From a virus (taxonomy: Duplodnaviria > Caudoviricetes): a DNA stretch of 64,000 nucleotides. Shown piece after piece: positions 47,152 to 57,074 of the stretch. The notes beneath the pieces were generated by a model. The model was given only the letters and a program-made list of their open reading frames with translations, did not search any database and was not told the origin of the DNA. Every line of letters begins with the position of its first letter. Position 1 is the first letter of the stretch. Location of the stretch: IMG/VR virus record IMGVR_UViG_3300028854_000488, one strand, 5' to 3'. The position numbers and the translations under genes were made by a program.

Positions 47152-48546
47152 TTAAAACTTTTTCATTTTTTGATAAGAAATAGCATTTCTTTCATTGCTA
47201 CGTTGTTTATCTTTCTTTTTTTGTTCTTTTCTATCTTTCCATGAAGTACCTTCAGATTTATCTTTGATGTTTAAGATTGGTTTAATTTTATCAAGAATTA
47301 ATGCAGTAGGTTCAATAGCTTTTTCAATCATTTCTGAGTTTTTGTAAGCAAATGGAGATTCATCAATTGTACTTTTACATACAGATGTTGAATAAACATT
47401 TTTCATTACTCTCTGAAAATCTTTTAAATCAATTGACTCTTTTGCTTTTGATCTTGACATCAATCTACCACTACCATGCGGAGCTGAATTATTCCAGTCT
47501 TCATTCGATTTCCCTTCACATATAAGTATTCCATCTCTCATATTGAATGGTATAATCATTTTTTCTCCAAGATAAGATGATATTGCTCCTTTTCTTATGA
47601 TAAAGTCTTTAAAGTCGACATAGTTATGTATTGAATTTATTTCTTCATCAAATTTTTTGATATTTAATGCTTTTTTTATCAAAGATAACATAGTTTTTCT
47701 ATTCCATAGAGCATATTGTTGTGCAAAAATCATATCAAATAGATATCCAATAAGATTTTCACCGTCTAAATATTCTTTATTAATATTAAGACTATATCTT
47801 GTTCTTAAATCTTTTATTTTTTTATCAATATCAGATTTTGGATAAGTGTTCATAACAATATCATCTAATTCCATATTATATTCTTTGGTAGCAACAAATA
47901 CTTTACCTCTTGCTACATTAGTCCAATATTCAGCAATTTTCAAACCAAAATTTCTTGAGCCAGAGTGAACTGTTATCCAATAATCATTAGTTTTATCTGA
48001 TTTGCCAAGTTCAATAAAGTGATTGCCTCCTCCTAATGTACCAATTGATTGAAAAAATTTACCTTCATCCATATTAATATCTTTCAATTTAGCTGTTAAC
48101 CATTTTTCATTATATGTTGGTGACTCATAAGAAGTTCCAAATTTCTCATTAAATTTTGCAGCAAATTTATCAGCAATTACTTGTACATCATCAAAAGGAA
48201 TATTTTTGAATACTATATCTTCATGCATATCAAATCCCATAGGAACATTTTCACGTATCAGATTATCAATTTTCTCTAAATCTAATGAAGTTTTACCTGA
48301 AAATCTTGCAGACAACATGCCACATCCGATATCTGTTCCGATCGTACTTGGTTTGATGTATTTTCCTAATTCCATGGAAAATCCAATGCAGATATCCGAT
48401 CCAACATGTGCATCTGGCATTATTCTAATTTTCAATCCATTAGATGTTTCTGAGTTTATAACATTGTATATTTGAGTAAATACTCCTTCTTCAACTTCAT
48501 CTATAAATATTTTAGCATCTGTATATTTACCTTTTAATTCTATCAT
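47152..48546 (-). CDS. rtcB: RtcB family RNA ligase
   Basis: IMPDAHVG, IGTDIGCG, GTLGGGNHFIE, VHSGSR, HNY, RKGA, SAPHGSGR, DESPFAYK. Confidence 0.95.
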   Translation of the reverse strand: MIELKGKYTDAKIFIDEVEEGVFTQIYNVINSETSNGLKIRIMPDAHVGSDICIGFSMELGKYIKPSTIGTDIGCGMLSARFSGKTSLDLEKIDNLIRENVPMGFDMHEDIVFKNIPFDDVQVIADKFAAKFNEKFGTSYESPTYNEKWLTAKLKDINMDEGKFFQSIGTLGGGNHFIELGKSDKTNDYWITVHSGSRNFGLKIAEYWTNVARGKVFVATKEYNMELDDIVMNTYPKSDIDKKIKDLRTRYSLNINKEYLDGENLIGYLFDMIFAQQYALWNRKTMLSLIKKALNIKKFDEEINSIHNYVDFKDFIIRKGAISSYLGEKMIIPFNMRDGILICEGKSNEDWNNSAPHGSGRLMSRSKAKESIDLKDFQRVMKNVYSTSVCKSTIDESPFAYKNSEMIEKAIEPTALILDKIKPILNIKDKSEGTSWKDRKEQKKKDKQRSNERNAISYQKMKKF

Positions 48547-48602
48547 AATTTTACTTTTTTATTTATATTTAATTTGCAAATGTACAACAATTATTTTAAT
48601 TA

Positions 48603-50960
48603 TTAAAATGTTTCACTAATTTCTTTCAATTTATTTTTTCTTTCAATTCTTTTACTAATAAAAAATGTTTTAATAATTATATAGCAATCAACGTTAACAT
48701 CAGTCATTATTAATATAGAACTATTTTTTTCATCTTCATAAATGTTTAATATTCTATATTCTTTACCTACTGTTATTAATAAATCATTTGTATTATCATT
48801 TTTTATACAAATAGCTAATTCTCCAACTTTAAATTTGTTGTTTGATTTCATTTATTTTCATTTTTCTAAGTTTTTGTTTACTAATGAAATAAGATTCAGG
48901 TACAAAAAAATTATAATTATTATTACATATCATATACATATTACTTGAATTACAATTACTTAATTGAAGTACTTTATATTCGTTATTTATTGTCAATAAT
49001 AGTTCAGTAAAAGTATCATTTTTTATACAAATAACTAATTCACCAACTTTAAATTTGTTTTTTGATTTCATTTATTTTCATTTTTCTAAGTTCTTTTTTA
49101 CTAGCAAAACAGGATTTAGGTACAAAATAATTAATATTTATATCGCATGTTACGCATATATTATCAGTATTAAATATTCCCATTGCTGATATTTTATATT
49201 CTTTATTTATTGTCAATATATTTGAATATTCAAAGGTTTTTATACAAACAATGGTATCATTTGTTTTGAACATATTTATTTAGTTTTTCAAGTTTAAATT
49301 TTCTTAAATCTTTTAAATTCTTTTTATTTATAAAATATGAATCAGGTAACGGCATTATAAGATTATTATCGCATATTATATTTAAATATCCGCTATTTTT
49401 ATATATCCATAATATTTTATATTCTTTATCTACTGTTATTAATTGATTGCTATTTTTTATACAAATAGCATAATCATCAATTTCAAATTTATTATTTTTA
49501 ACTAATTTCATTTAGTTTATTTAATTTTAATTTTCTATATCCTTTTACACTTATAAATCTCGTCATATCATAAACTGAATATCCATATTTATTTTCAATT
49601 TCATCTAATATATATGAAGTGCTTTCATATCGACTACTAGTATCATCAAGTGATTCATAACAATTTCCATCATCTCCCCAATATGATAGAATTTTTTTAA
49701 TTGTGTAAGTTTTATTTATTTCTAATGGATTTATTTTATGAAATTCTAACATATATGATACGAAATCATAAAAAACATAATCTTGTTTAGGTTCATTATC
49801 TATACAAACAACTACATCACCTATTTTGTACATATTTATTTAGTTTTTTTAATTTTAATTTTCTGATTGATTTAATATCAGTAAAAAAACTTATTGGTAC
49901 AAATTGGCTGAATTTTTTAGTGTCACTTTTTACTACAATTTTATTTTGAAAATACCAATCAATATATTCAATTTTATATTTTTTACCTATTGTTAAATGT
50001 TGATCCCAATAATCATTATCATCAATTTTTACACAAGTGACAATTTGGCCAATTTTAAAATCATAATTTGTCAATTCATTTTCTTTCATTTAGTTTATTT
50101 AGTTTAACTTTTCTTAAAATTAAAATTAATTGATTTTCGGGTAAAGATAATAATCTAAATCTCATATTTGTATTCACTATATGATTATAATGAATAGTTA
50201 CAACATAATTATCATTATTACAATCATATCTTATTTCACGTATATAAAAATCACTGTCTGGTATTTGTTCATCATAATATTTTTTCAGTTCTCTTAATAA
50301 CAATAAATATGATTTGGTATCTAAGTTTGAAACTATATTGGTTGGCATAATTTATTTAGTTTATTTAGTTTATTTATTCTGGATATATTATTTAATTTGC
50401 ATTCAGATAAATAATGATGTTCAGTAGTATAAAAATATCCTGATAATCTATATTTTTTTCTCATTTTAACAGAAATAACATACTCAGAATTATTATGATA
50501 ACTTTTTCTAAATCCTGATATATCATATACAGTATATTTAAAATTATCATTTAGTATATTTGAATAATATATTTTTAATTCTTTGAGTAAATTTTCATAT
50601 GATTGCGTATTTTCTTTATATTTATACATTATTAATTTTTTCTAATTTTTGTTTTCTTAAAAAAATATTATGTTCTTTATCATCATTAAATTGATATAAT
50701 ATATCATTAACTACTTCATATTTAGAGTATGTAATAACAAATGGCAAATAATCATCAAATTTAATATAGAAAGAATATTCACTTGACATAAAAATTGAAA
50801 AACTTAAATTAAATTTCTCAGTCATTGCAATTATTGCGCCAGATCTAATTAATTCATTTTTTTCATTCAATTGAATATATTTATCCATAGAATAACAGTT
50901 TTTAGGCATACCCCATAACCCGTTATCTTGTTTTTTAGAATTTATTTTTATTATTTGCAT
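48603..50960 (-). CDS. Tandem array of nine small ORFs (74-112 aa), mostly KOW-like, all with the RKxKLxxL tag
   Basis: ORFs 48603-48851, 48829-49071, 49049-49273, 49257-49511, 49498-49833, 49817-50089, 50076-50348, 50333-50629, 50622-50960; overlapping stop/start. Confidence 0.7.
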
Positions 50961-50968
50961 AATACTGA

Positions 50969-51472
50969 TTATAAATTGCCTAATTTACTTACTTCGTCAT
51001 TTAATTTAGTTCCAAGTGATTCTAAATTTATCATTTGCTTTTTTATTTGTTCTATACTATTATTAAATTCTTCTTTAATATCTTCTTCAGATATATCTTC
51101 GCTTGTCATTAGTTCATCAAATTTTTTAAATAATTCTTGACTTTCTATATTATTTGATACAAATTCGAATGAATCATAATCTATATTTTGATCAATTTGA
51201 TATTCATTTTCAGTTATTTTTTTATCTATGGTAAGTATATCATTTTTCCTTTTATCTGAAAATTCTTTAAAGTTAAAAACATATTCTTCATTTTTAAGAG
51301 GACACCATTCTGCAGTGTAAAAACTAACATTATCATTAAAATTAATAAAATATTCATCATTTTTTAAAAATTTTGATAGTATACATTCACTTATTGGTTC
51401 ATCTCCTGATTCATAATAATATTCAGTATTACAAAATGGACAATTTCCACAGCAATTTACGGTTTTTTTCAT
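50969..51472 (-). CDS. Cys-rich N-terminus plus coiled-coil protein
   Basis: CCGNCPFC...C...WCPL. Confidence 0.6.
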   Translation of the reverse strand: MKKTVNCCGNCPFCNTEYYYESGDEPISECILSKFLKNDEYFINFNDNVSFYTAEWCPLKNEEYVFNFKEFSDKRKNDILTIDKKITENEYQIDQNIDYDSFEFVSNNIESQELFKKFDELMTSEDISEEDIKEEFNNSIEQIKKQMINLESLGTKLNDEVSKLGNL

Positions 51473-51635
51473 TTTAAATTATTTATTTTTTCGATTTTTT
51501 CTTTTCTTTTCTTATTGAGTTCTTTTCTTTTAATTTCTCTCATAAATTCGTCATCAAATATAATATGTTTAGGATATAAGTTTGCATAATCCATATTTAC
51601 TATCTGATATTCAAATTTATAATTTTTCTTCATAA

Positions 51636-51854
51636 TTATTTATATTGTTTATTTCTATTATGCTTCCAAGTTTTATACATTCTTATTTGATACATCAATA
51701 ATTGTTTCTTTTTATATTTTTTTGTTATTCTTGAATATTCTGGATAAAAGTGTAAACCTTCGTCCCAATACGGATCTGTATCATCTTTTGTTAAGATGTT
51801 ATAAGTTTTGTTGTCAGTTACAACTTCTGATTTTTTACATTTGAATTTTTTCAT
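51636..51854 (-). CDS. Small basic hypothetical protein
   Basis: Ends YRTWKHNR-like (MYKTWKHNRNKQYK). Confidence 0.55.
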   Translation of the reverse strand: MKKFKCKKSEVVTDNKTYNILTKDDTDPYWDEGLHFYPEYSRITKKYKKKQLLMYQIRMYKTWKHNRNKQYK

Positions 51855-52079
51855 TTTTATTAGATTATTTTTTAATAATCTAATATTTATCTAATTTTTT
51901 CTTCATTTTTGATATATTATGCTAATTTATTTTTTATATATATGTTTTTTAAATAAATGTTTTTTAAAAATATAAAACTTTTTTTATTTATAATATATAA
52001 GTGATATAATTTTAAATGAACTATACTCAACTAGATTTTTACAAAGATAACAAAAATATTTAATAATACAAATTTTTAT

Positions 52080-52370
52080 ATGATAAATAATAAAGTTGAA
52101 AGACTTTTAGCTGGAGAAACTATTATTAGTAAAGAACCAGGAAACTCAATGCTTCCAATAATCAAATCAAAACAGCCTGTAACATTAGAACCTGCAACTT
52201 GGGAATCAGTTGAAGTGGGAGATATTGTATATGCTAAATATCACGGAAAATTATATACACACTTAGTAAAATCAAAAAACTCAGAACAAGGTGTTCTTAT
52301 TGGTAACAATAAAGGACATATAAATGGATGGACCAAAAATGTTTATGGTAAAGTAATAAACATTTTATAA
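52080..52370 (+). CDS. S24/S26-type peptidase-like protein
   Basis: PGNSMLPII (Ser), VGDIV, THLVK, GNN. Confidence 0.6.
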   Translation: MINNKVERLLAGETIISKEPGNSMLPIIKSKQPVTLEPATWESVEVGDIVYAKYHGKLYTHLVKSKNSEQGVLIGNNKGHINGWTKNVYGKVINIL

Positions 52371-52386
52371 AAAATAAATAAATATA

Positions 52387-52578
52387 ATGATGAGAGCAAT
52401 ATGTAAGCTAGATTACGGACAGTTTGAAAATAACAAAACCTACAATTATTCATGCACTAACGACAATAAATTCCACGTTGATGGTCAATATGGAAAAACA
52501 GAATTTAATAAAAGACAATTTAATGCATTATTTACATTAGAAAGAACAAAAAACCCAAACAAATCATTTAATTTTTAA
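52387..52578 (+). CDS. Hypothetical protein
   Basis: 63-aa ORF in operon. Confidence 0.5.
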   Translation: MMRAICKLDYGQFENNKTYNYSCTNDNKFHVDGQYGKTEFNKRQFNALFTLERTKNPNKSFNF

Positions 52579-52588
52579 TATCTAATTT

Positions 52589-52831
52589 ATGAAATTTAAT
52601 ATCGGAGATAATGTTATATTCATAAATAATTCTAAAACTATTTATGCTTGGGATCTTGTTGATTATAAAATCTATAAAATTGAGAATTTTTCAATTCGTT
52701 CGTCTGAATTTATGTATTCGGTGAGTGATAATGATAGTAATACAACTCAAAGTTGGTATTTTGAATGTGATTTTATTTCATTGCAAGAATATAGAAAAAT
52801 TAAATTAAACGAAATAAAACAATTATCATGA
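52589..52831 (+). CDS. KOW-like protein with RKxKL tag
   Basis: MKFNIGDNV; YRKIKLNEI. Confidence 0.65.
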   Translation: MKFNIGDNVIFINNSKTIYAWDLVDYKIYKIENFSIRSSEFMYSVSDNDSNTTQSWYFECDFISLQEYRKIKLNEIKQLS

Positions 52832-53139
52832 GAAGATTTAGTAAAAAATTAAAAAATATATTTAATTCTATTAATCCATATTACGAAATTAATAAAGAAT
52901 CCGATAGATTTCAAGAACTCAGAATAAAATTGAATGAAAATCGATTAGATTATATAATAAAAGAGTTTGAAAGAATAGAAAATATGAGTGATGAAGAAAG
53001 AATAGAATATAAAAAAAATTTATTGAAAGAAGAAGCAAATAATATAATTGATAAATTAGAATCAAATTCAGAATTATATAAAGAATATAATAATATTATG
53101 AGGAGAAAGAAAATTAAAAAATTAGAAAGTAATGAGTAA
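52828..53139 (+). CDS. Coiled-coil protein with RKxKL-like tag
   Basis: Ends RRKKIKKL. Confidence 0.6.
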   Translation: MRRFSKKLKNIFNSINPYYEINKESDRFQELRIKLNENRLDYIIKEFERIENMSDEERIEYKKNLLKEEANNIIDKLESNSELYKEYNNIMRRKKIKKLESNE

Positions 53140-53704
53140 TTTAGTAGAACATGCAAAAAGAGAATTTCTTAAATTAGGTTATAAACCAATTGATAAATGC
53201 GAAAATGATCCAAATAAATGGATACAAGAAAATATATTAGAATTACTTGAAATATTTTCTAAACAAGGTCATTCTGGATTTTCAGCATCATATGTACTTA
53301 GTTATTTTAATAAATTGGCTAATTTTGAACCAATTGCTCCGATTATGTGTACCGATGATGAATGGAATGATATAGCAGATGAATGTTATCAAAATAATCG
53401 TTGTTCTGCAGTATTTAAAGAAAAAATTGATAGTAATCCATATTATTTGGATGCTATTATTTTTGTTGATGAAAATAATTCATCTTTTACTGGTAGAGCA
53501 TATAATAATAGTCATGATAGTATAACAAGTAGGCAAACAATTAAATTACCATTTACACCTAAACGTTTTTATGTTGATGTAGTTTATTATAATGATGAAA
53601 ATCATATTAAAGATGAATCCCAATTAAAAGAAGTTTGGAAATATTATGAGCATCAAGAAACTAAGTCATATATTAGATTACAAAAATTAAAATCAATAGA
53701 ATGA
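53132..53704 (+). CDS. Conserved phage hypothetical protein with RKxKL-like tag
   Basis: HAKREF...QGHSGFSA...FEPIAPI; ends IRLQKLKSI. Confidence 0.65.
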   Translation: MSNLVEHAKREFLKLGYKPIDKCENDPNKWIQENILELLEIFSKQGHSGFSASYVLSYFNKLANFEPIAPIMCTDDEWNDIADECYQNNRCSAVFKEKIDSNPYYLDAIIFVDENNSSFTGRAYNNSHDSITSRQTIKLPFTPKRFYVDVVYYNDENHIKDESQLKEVWKYYEHQETKSYIRLQKLKSIE

Positions 53705-53952
53705 AAATTGGAGATGTTCAAGTTTATTTAGGAGATACTAATATGTATTATACTAAAAATAAAAAATATTATGTATATAGGATAAATTCTCATTTTATAC
53801 CTGGAACTATTTGTGGACATATAATGAATGATATAGGAGATAGTGTTTATTTTCGTGATGATGATATCGACAGGAATTGGATAGATTTAAAAAAATATAG
53901 AAAAGAAAAAATTAATAATTTAAATAATATTTATGAAAAAAACTTTGAATGA
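53701..53952 (+). CDS. KOW-like protein with RKxKL tag
   Basis: MKIGD; YRKEKINNL. Confidence 0.6.
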   Translation: MKIGDVQVYLGDTNMYYTKNKKYYVYRINSHFIPGTICGHIMNDIGDSVYFRDDDIDRNWIDLKKYRKEKINNLNNIYEKNFE

Positions 53953-54103
53953 TTTTGATTATAGTTTTAAATTTCCTGATAATGATTTTAATAATTTATC
54001 GTTAGAAATGCTACAAAAATGGAAAACATTAATCAATCAAGATAAAATAAAATTAAAAAAAGAAGAAAGAATTGCTAAATTAAATGAAATAAATTCTAAA
54101 TAA
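53933..54103 (+). CDS. 56-aa protein with RKxKL-like tag (not in track)
   Basis: MKKTLNDFDYSF...ERIAKLNEINSK. Confidence 0.5.
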   Translation: MKKTLNDFDYSFKFPDNDFNNLSLEMLQKWKTLINQDKIKLKKEERIAKLNEINSK

Positions 54104-54104
54104 A

Positions 54105-54419
54105 ATGACAATACAAAATTATAAGAAAAAATATTTAATATGTAAAGATGATTTTGGTAAAAATATTTATGTTGGAGATACTGTGGAATTATTTTGTCCA
54201 CTTGAATTTTCAACTACATGGAAATCAATTGTTTATTGGAGTATGTTATCTGGAGCGTGGGTAGATTTTCCTACTATATTTATTGATACTCCAAATCCTC
54301 AAAGAATTTTATATTCATTACTTAATCAGCAAGAATATAATATTTGTGATGTAGATAGTGATATTCCAATAAAATATAAAGGATATTGTAAAAAAATAAA
54401 ATCTTTTTATACAAAATAA
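54105..54419 (+). CDS. YopX-like hypothetical protein
   Basis: DDFGKNIYVGDTV resembles the DxxGxEIYEGDIV signature. Confidence 0.45.
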   Translation: MTIQNYKKKYLICKDDFGKNIYVGDTVELFCPLEFSTTWKSIVYWSMLSGAWVDFPTIFIDTPNPQRILYSLLNQQEYNICDVDSDIPIKYKGYCKKIKSFYTK

Positions 54420-54420
54420 T

Positions 54421-54454
54421 AAAAAAAGACTGAAATAATTATTTCAGTCTTTTT
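54421..54454. terminator. Palindromic bidirectional terminator
   Basis: AAAAAGACTGAAATAATTATTTCAGTCTTTTT. Confidence 0.75.
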
Positions 54455-54473
54455 ATTATATAATAAATGTTAT

Positions 54474-54848
54474 TTACTTTGAATCGTTTCCTATAGTATT
54501 AGTTTTTGTAGTATTCGTATCAGTAGTATTTTCTCCTGTATTATCATTAGTAATATTACTAGTATTTGTATCAGTAGTGTTAATTATTTTTTTACCTTTT
54601 TCTATATAATTAATAATATATCCAGCAACCGCAAATTCTATTCCAGCCCATATTGCGAAATCACCTGCTGATATTGTACTTAATGAGTGTAATAAAAAAT
54701 AAATCATACCCCATTGACCAATTATAAACGCAATCGAAGATTCAATCCTTTTCTTAGAAAAAAATGATGGTTGATTTGAATAAATTTTTAATATTTCCAT
54801 GACAAATCTTTTTATATTAGTCCATCCAAAAAAATATGTTTTATTCAT
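54474..54848 (-). CDS. Two-TM membrane protein (holin-like size)
   Basis: Two hydrophobic helices; Thr/Asn-rich tail. Confidence 0.55.
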   Translation of the reverse strand: MNKTYFFGWTNIKRFVMEILKIYSNQPSFFSKKRIESSIAFIIGQWGMIYFLLHSLSTISAGDFAIWAGIEFAVAGYIINYIEKGKKIINTTDTNTSNITNDNTGENTTDTNTTKTNTIGNDSK

Positions 54849-54859
54849 AAATTATATTA

Positions 54860-55381
54860 TTATTTTTTACCTTGTCTTTTTAATATGGCTTGCTGCAATG
54901 CAGTTGGTAGTTTCTTTTGGGCTGCAGAAAGACCAGTTTTTTCTTCTTTTTCATCATCGTCTTTAGAAAACTTTTTTATTGCCCCTTTTTTATCTTTACA
55001 TTCTTTTTCATCATCTTTACATTTTTTTACGACTTTACCTTTTTTCTCATATTTATCATCGTCATCATCGTCATCATCTTTGATGTTTTTGAATTCTTTA
55101 AGAATATCTTTACCTACATTTGTGCGTTTAGTTGGACCAGAACTTTTAAAAAATTCTTTATCTGTAAAATTATCAAGATCACAAAGATTATTCAATTTAC
55201 CAAATACGTGTTCTTCTTTACTTTTTGGTTTTTCTGTAATACATTTACCACCAGATTCTTCTTTATTTTCAAAAATATCTTTAGCAACTTCAGTTCTTTT
55301 AGTCACTTTTGCATTTTTGAAAATTTCTTTTTCTGTAAAATCATCAATACTAAGTAGATTATTTAATTTATTATCTTTCAT
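54860..55381 (-). CDS. Highly charged probable virion-internal protein
   Basis: Duplicated LNNL..(I/L)D.FT.KE...K.TKRT.V.KDI unit; ends AQKKLPTALQQAILKRQGKK. Confidence 0.6.
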   Translation of the reverse strand: MKDNKLNNLLSIDDFTEKEIFKNAKVTKRTEVAKDIFENKEESGGKCITEKPKSKEEHVFGKLNNLCDLDNFTDKEFFKSSGPTKRTNVGKDILKEFKNIKDDDDDDDDKYEKKGKVVKKCKDDEKECKDKKGAIKKFSKDDDEKEEKTGLSAAQKKLPTALQQAILKRQGKK

Positions 55382-55404
55382 ATTATTTTATTTTTATTTT
55401 TATA

Positions 55405-55740
55405 TTATTTTATTGTTTTGTATTCTATATATTTTTTATAAAAAATGTCGTGATATATACTATTAAAATTTTTAGCAGATTTCATGTTTTGGGTTAAATG
55501 ATTATCTGTTTCAGTTCTCAAATCATTTAACATTTTTATGCCTTGTTCATTCTTTCCATTTTTAAAATAATTATTAGCAGTTTCATCTAATAGTTTAGAT
55601 TGTATATTAAGATAATTAACTAATTCAGTTTCAGCATTTTTATCTTGTGTTATTCCGTTTTCTGAATATCCAGCATAATCATCATCATTATTTTCGTTGT
55701 TTTCATTAACGAACATATCAAAAATCTTTAAGTGATTCAT
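55405..55740 (-). CDS. Protein with CTS-like N-terminus
   Basis: MNHLKIFDMFVNE. Confidence 0.6.
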   Translation of the reverse strand: MNHLKIFDMFVNENNENNDDDYAGYSENGITQDKNAETELVNYLNIQSKLLDETANNYFKNGKNEQGIKMLNDLRTETDNHLTQNMKSAKNFNSIYHDIFYKKYIEYKTIK

Positions 55741-55771
55741 ACATTTATTTTTTTTTTATATACTATATATA

Positions 55772-56038
55772 TTATTTTTTATTTGTTTTTTCTTCACCGC
55801 AAATATCAATTTTAATTTTTTCTAAATCTTTAGTTGCACCTTTTCCTTTTGTCCAATATTTGTTTACATTATCAAAAAATTCACTTTTCTTTTCATCTGA
55901 TAATTTAGCAGGAGATTTAACATCATAACAATCAAGTATGAATTTAAAATATTCTCTATATTCTATTTGTAAATCTGATAATTTTTCATTTAATGATAAA
56001 CTTTCATTATATTGTTTGAAATTTTTAATTTTATTCAT
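55772..56038 (-). CDS. Protein with CTS-like N-terminus
   Basis: MNKIKNFKQYNE. Confidence 0.6.
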   Translation of the reverse strand: MNKIKNFKQYNESLSLNEKLSDLQIEYREYFKFILDCYDVKSPAKLSDEKKSEFFDNVNKYWTKGKGATKDLEKIKIDICGEEKTNKK

Positions 56039-56089
56039 TGATATTATTAGTTTTTTATATATATATTAAATAATAAAAATCATTTTTTA

Positions 56090-56296
56090 TTATTTTAATG
56101 TAAATTGTCTTTTAATTAAATTTCCTTTTAATTTAACAGATTTTTTAGTACCATCTTCAAAATAAATTATAATCTCAAAATTATCAAAAATTAAACCAAA
56201 GTCTTGATATTCAATCATATCATAACTACTTGATAGAATGACAACATTTTTATTATGATAAAATCCTTTTCTTCCTATATAATATTCTTTAAACAT
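56090..56296 (-). CDS. Hypothetical protein
   Basis: 68-aa ORF. Confidence 0.5.
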   Translation of the reverse strand: MFKEYYIGRKGFYHNKNVVILSSSYDMIEYQDFGLIFDNFEIIIYFEDGTKKSVKLKGNLIKRQFTLK

Positions 56297-56309
56297 TTAT
56301 AAATTTAAT

Positions 56310-56798
56310 TTATCTTGGATTAATTCTATTCGCAACTTGCATCATAGAATTATATCTTGCTTTTTCAAACATTTCTAATGATACATAATCAGTATTAGTG
56401 AAATCTACTGTTTCATTTAAACTTTGACGTTCTTGCGCTTGTTTAACTTCATTTAGTCTTTCATCATGAAGTTTTTGCATAACTTCATTTAATTTATTTT
56501 CTTTTGCTTCTTGTTTAACTTCATTAATATTAAATCCATTTACTTTTGTTTCAATGTTAAATTCATTAATGTTAAAGTCTTGTGAGTATTCTTGACGTCT
56601 TACTTCATTTATATTTTGTTGACTATAATTACTATAATTAGTATTATAATTAGTATAATCAGGAGTTTCTTTTAACATTTGTCCATTAAAAGAATTATCA
56701 TTACCTCTTAATTGCTCGTATGTGTAATCTGTTGTTTCTATTTTTTTAGCATTTACTTGTTTGAATAAATCTAAATACGATTGATCATAATATTCCAT
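56310..56798 (-). CDS. Asn/Gln-rich hypothetical protein
   Basis: 162-aa ORF with repeated (L/I)NE motifs. Confidence 0.6.
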   Translation of the reverse strand: MEYYDQSYLDLFKQVNAKKIETTDYTYEQLRGNDNSFNGQMLKETPDYTNYNTNYSNYSQQNINEVRRQEYSQDFNINEFNIETKVNGFNINEVKQEAKENKLNEVMQKLHDERLNEVKQAQERQSLNETVDFTNTDYVSLEMFEKARYNSMMQVANRINPR

Positions 56799-57074
56799 AA
56801 AAATTTATTATTTTTTGTTATATATTAATAATTAAGTATATATTAATATTTACATATTGAATTTATTTGATTTATTTTTAATTTTTTGAATTTCTATTGC
56901 TTCTTTCGTAGCTAATATTAATTCATCTTCTGCTCCAGTAAAAATTTCACCTTCCCTTTTTAATCCGTTTTTTGGTTCAGATCCCATATATCTGGTAAAC
57001 ATAATAAGATTATTAGGTACATTATCATACTTAACATCATAATAGCATATAGTTTCTAATTTCGATGAAAAACA

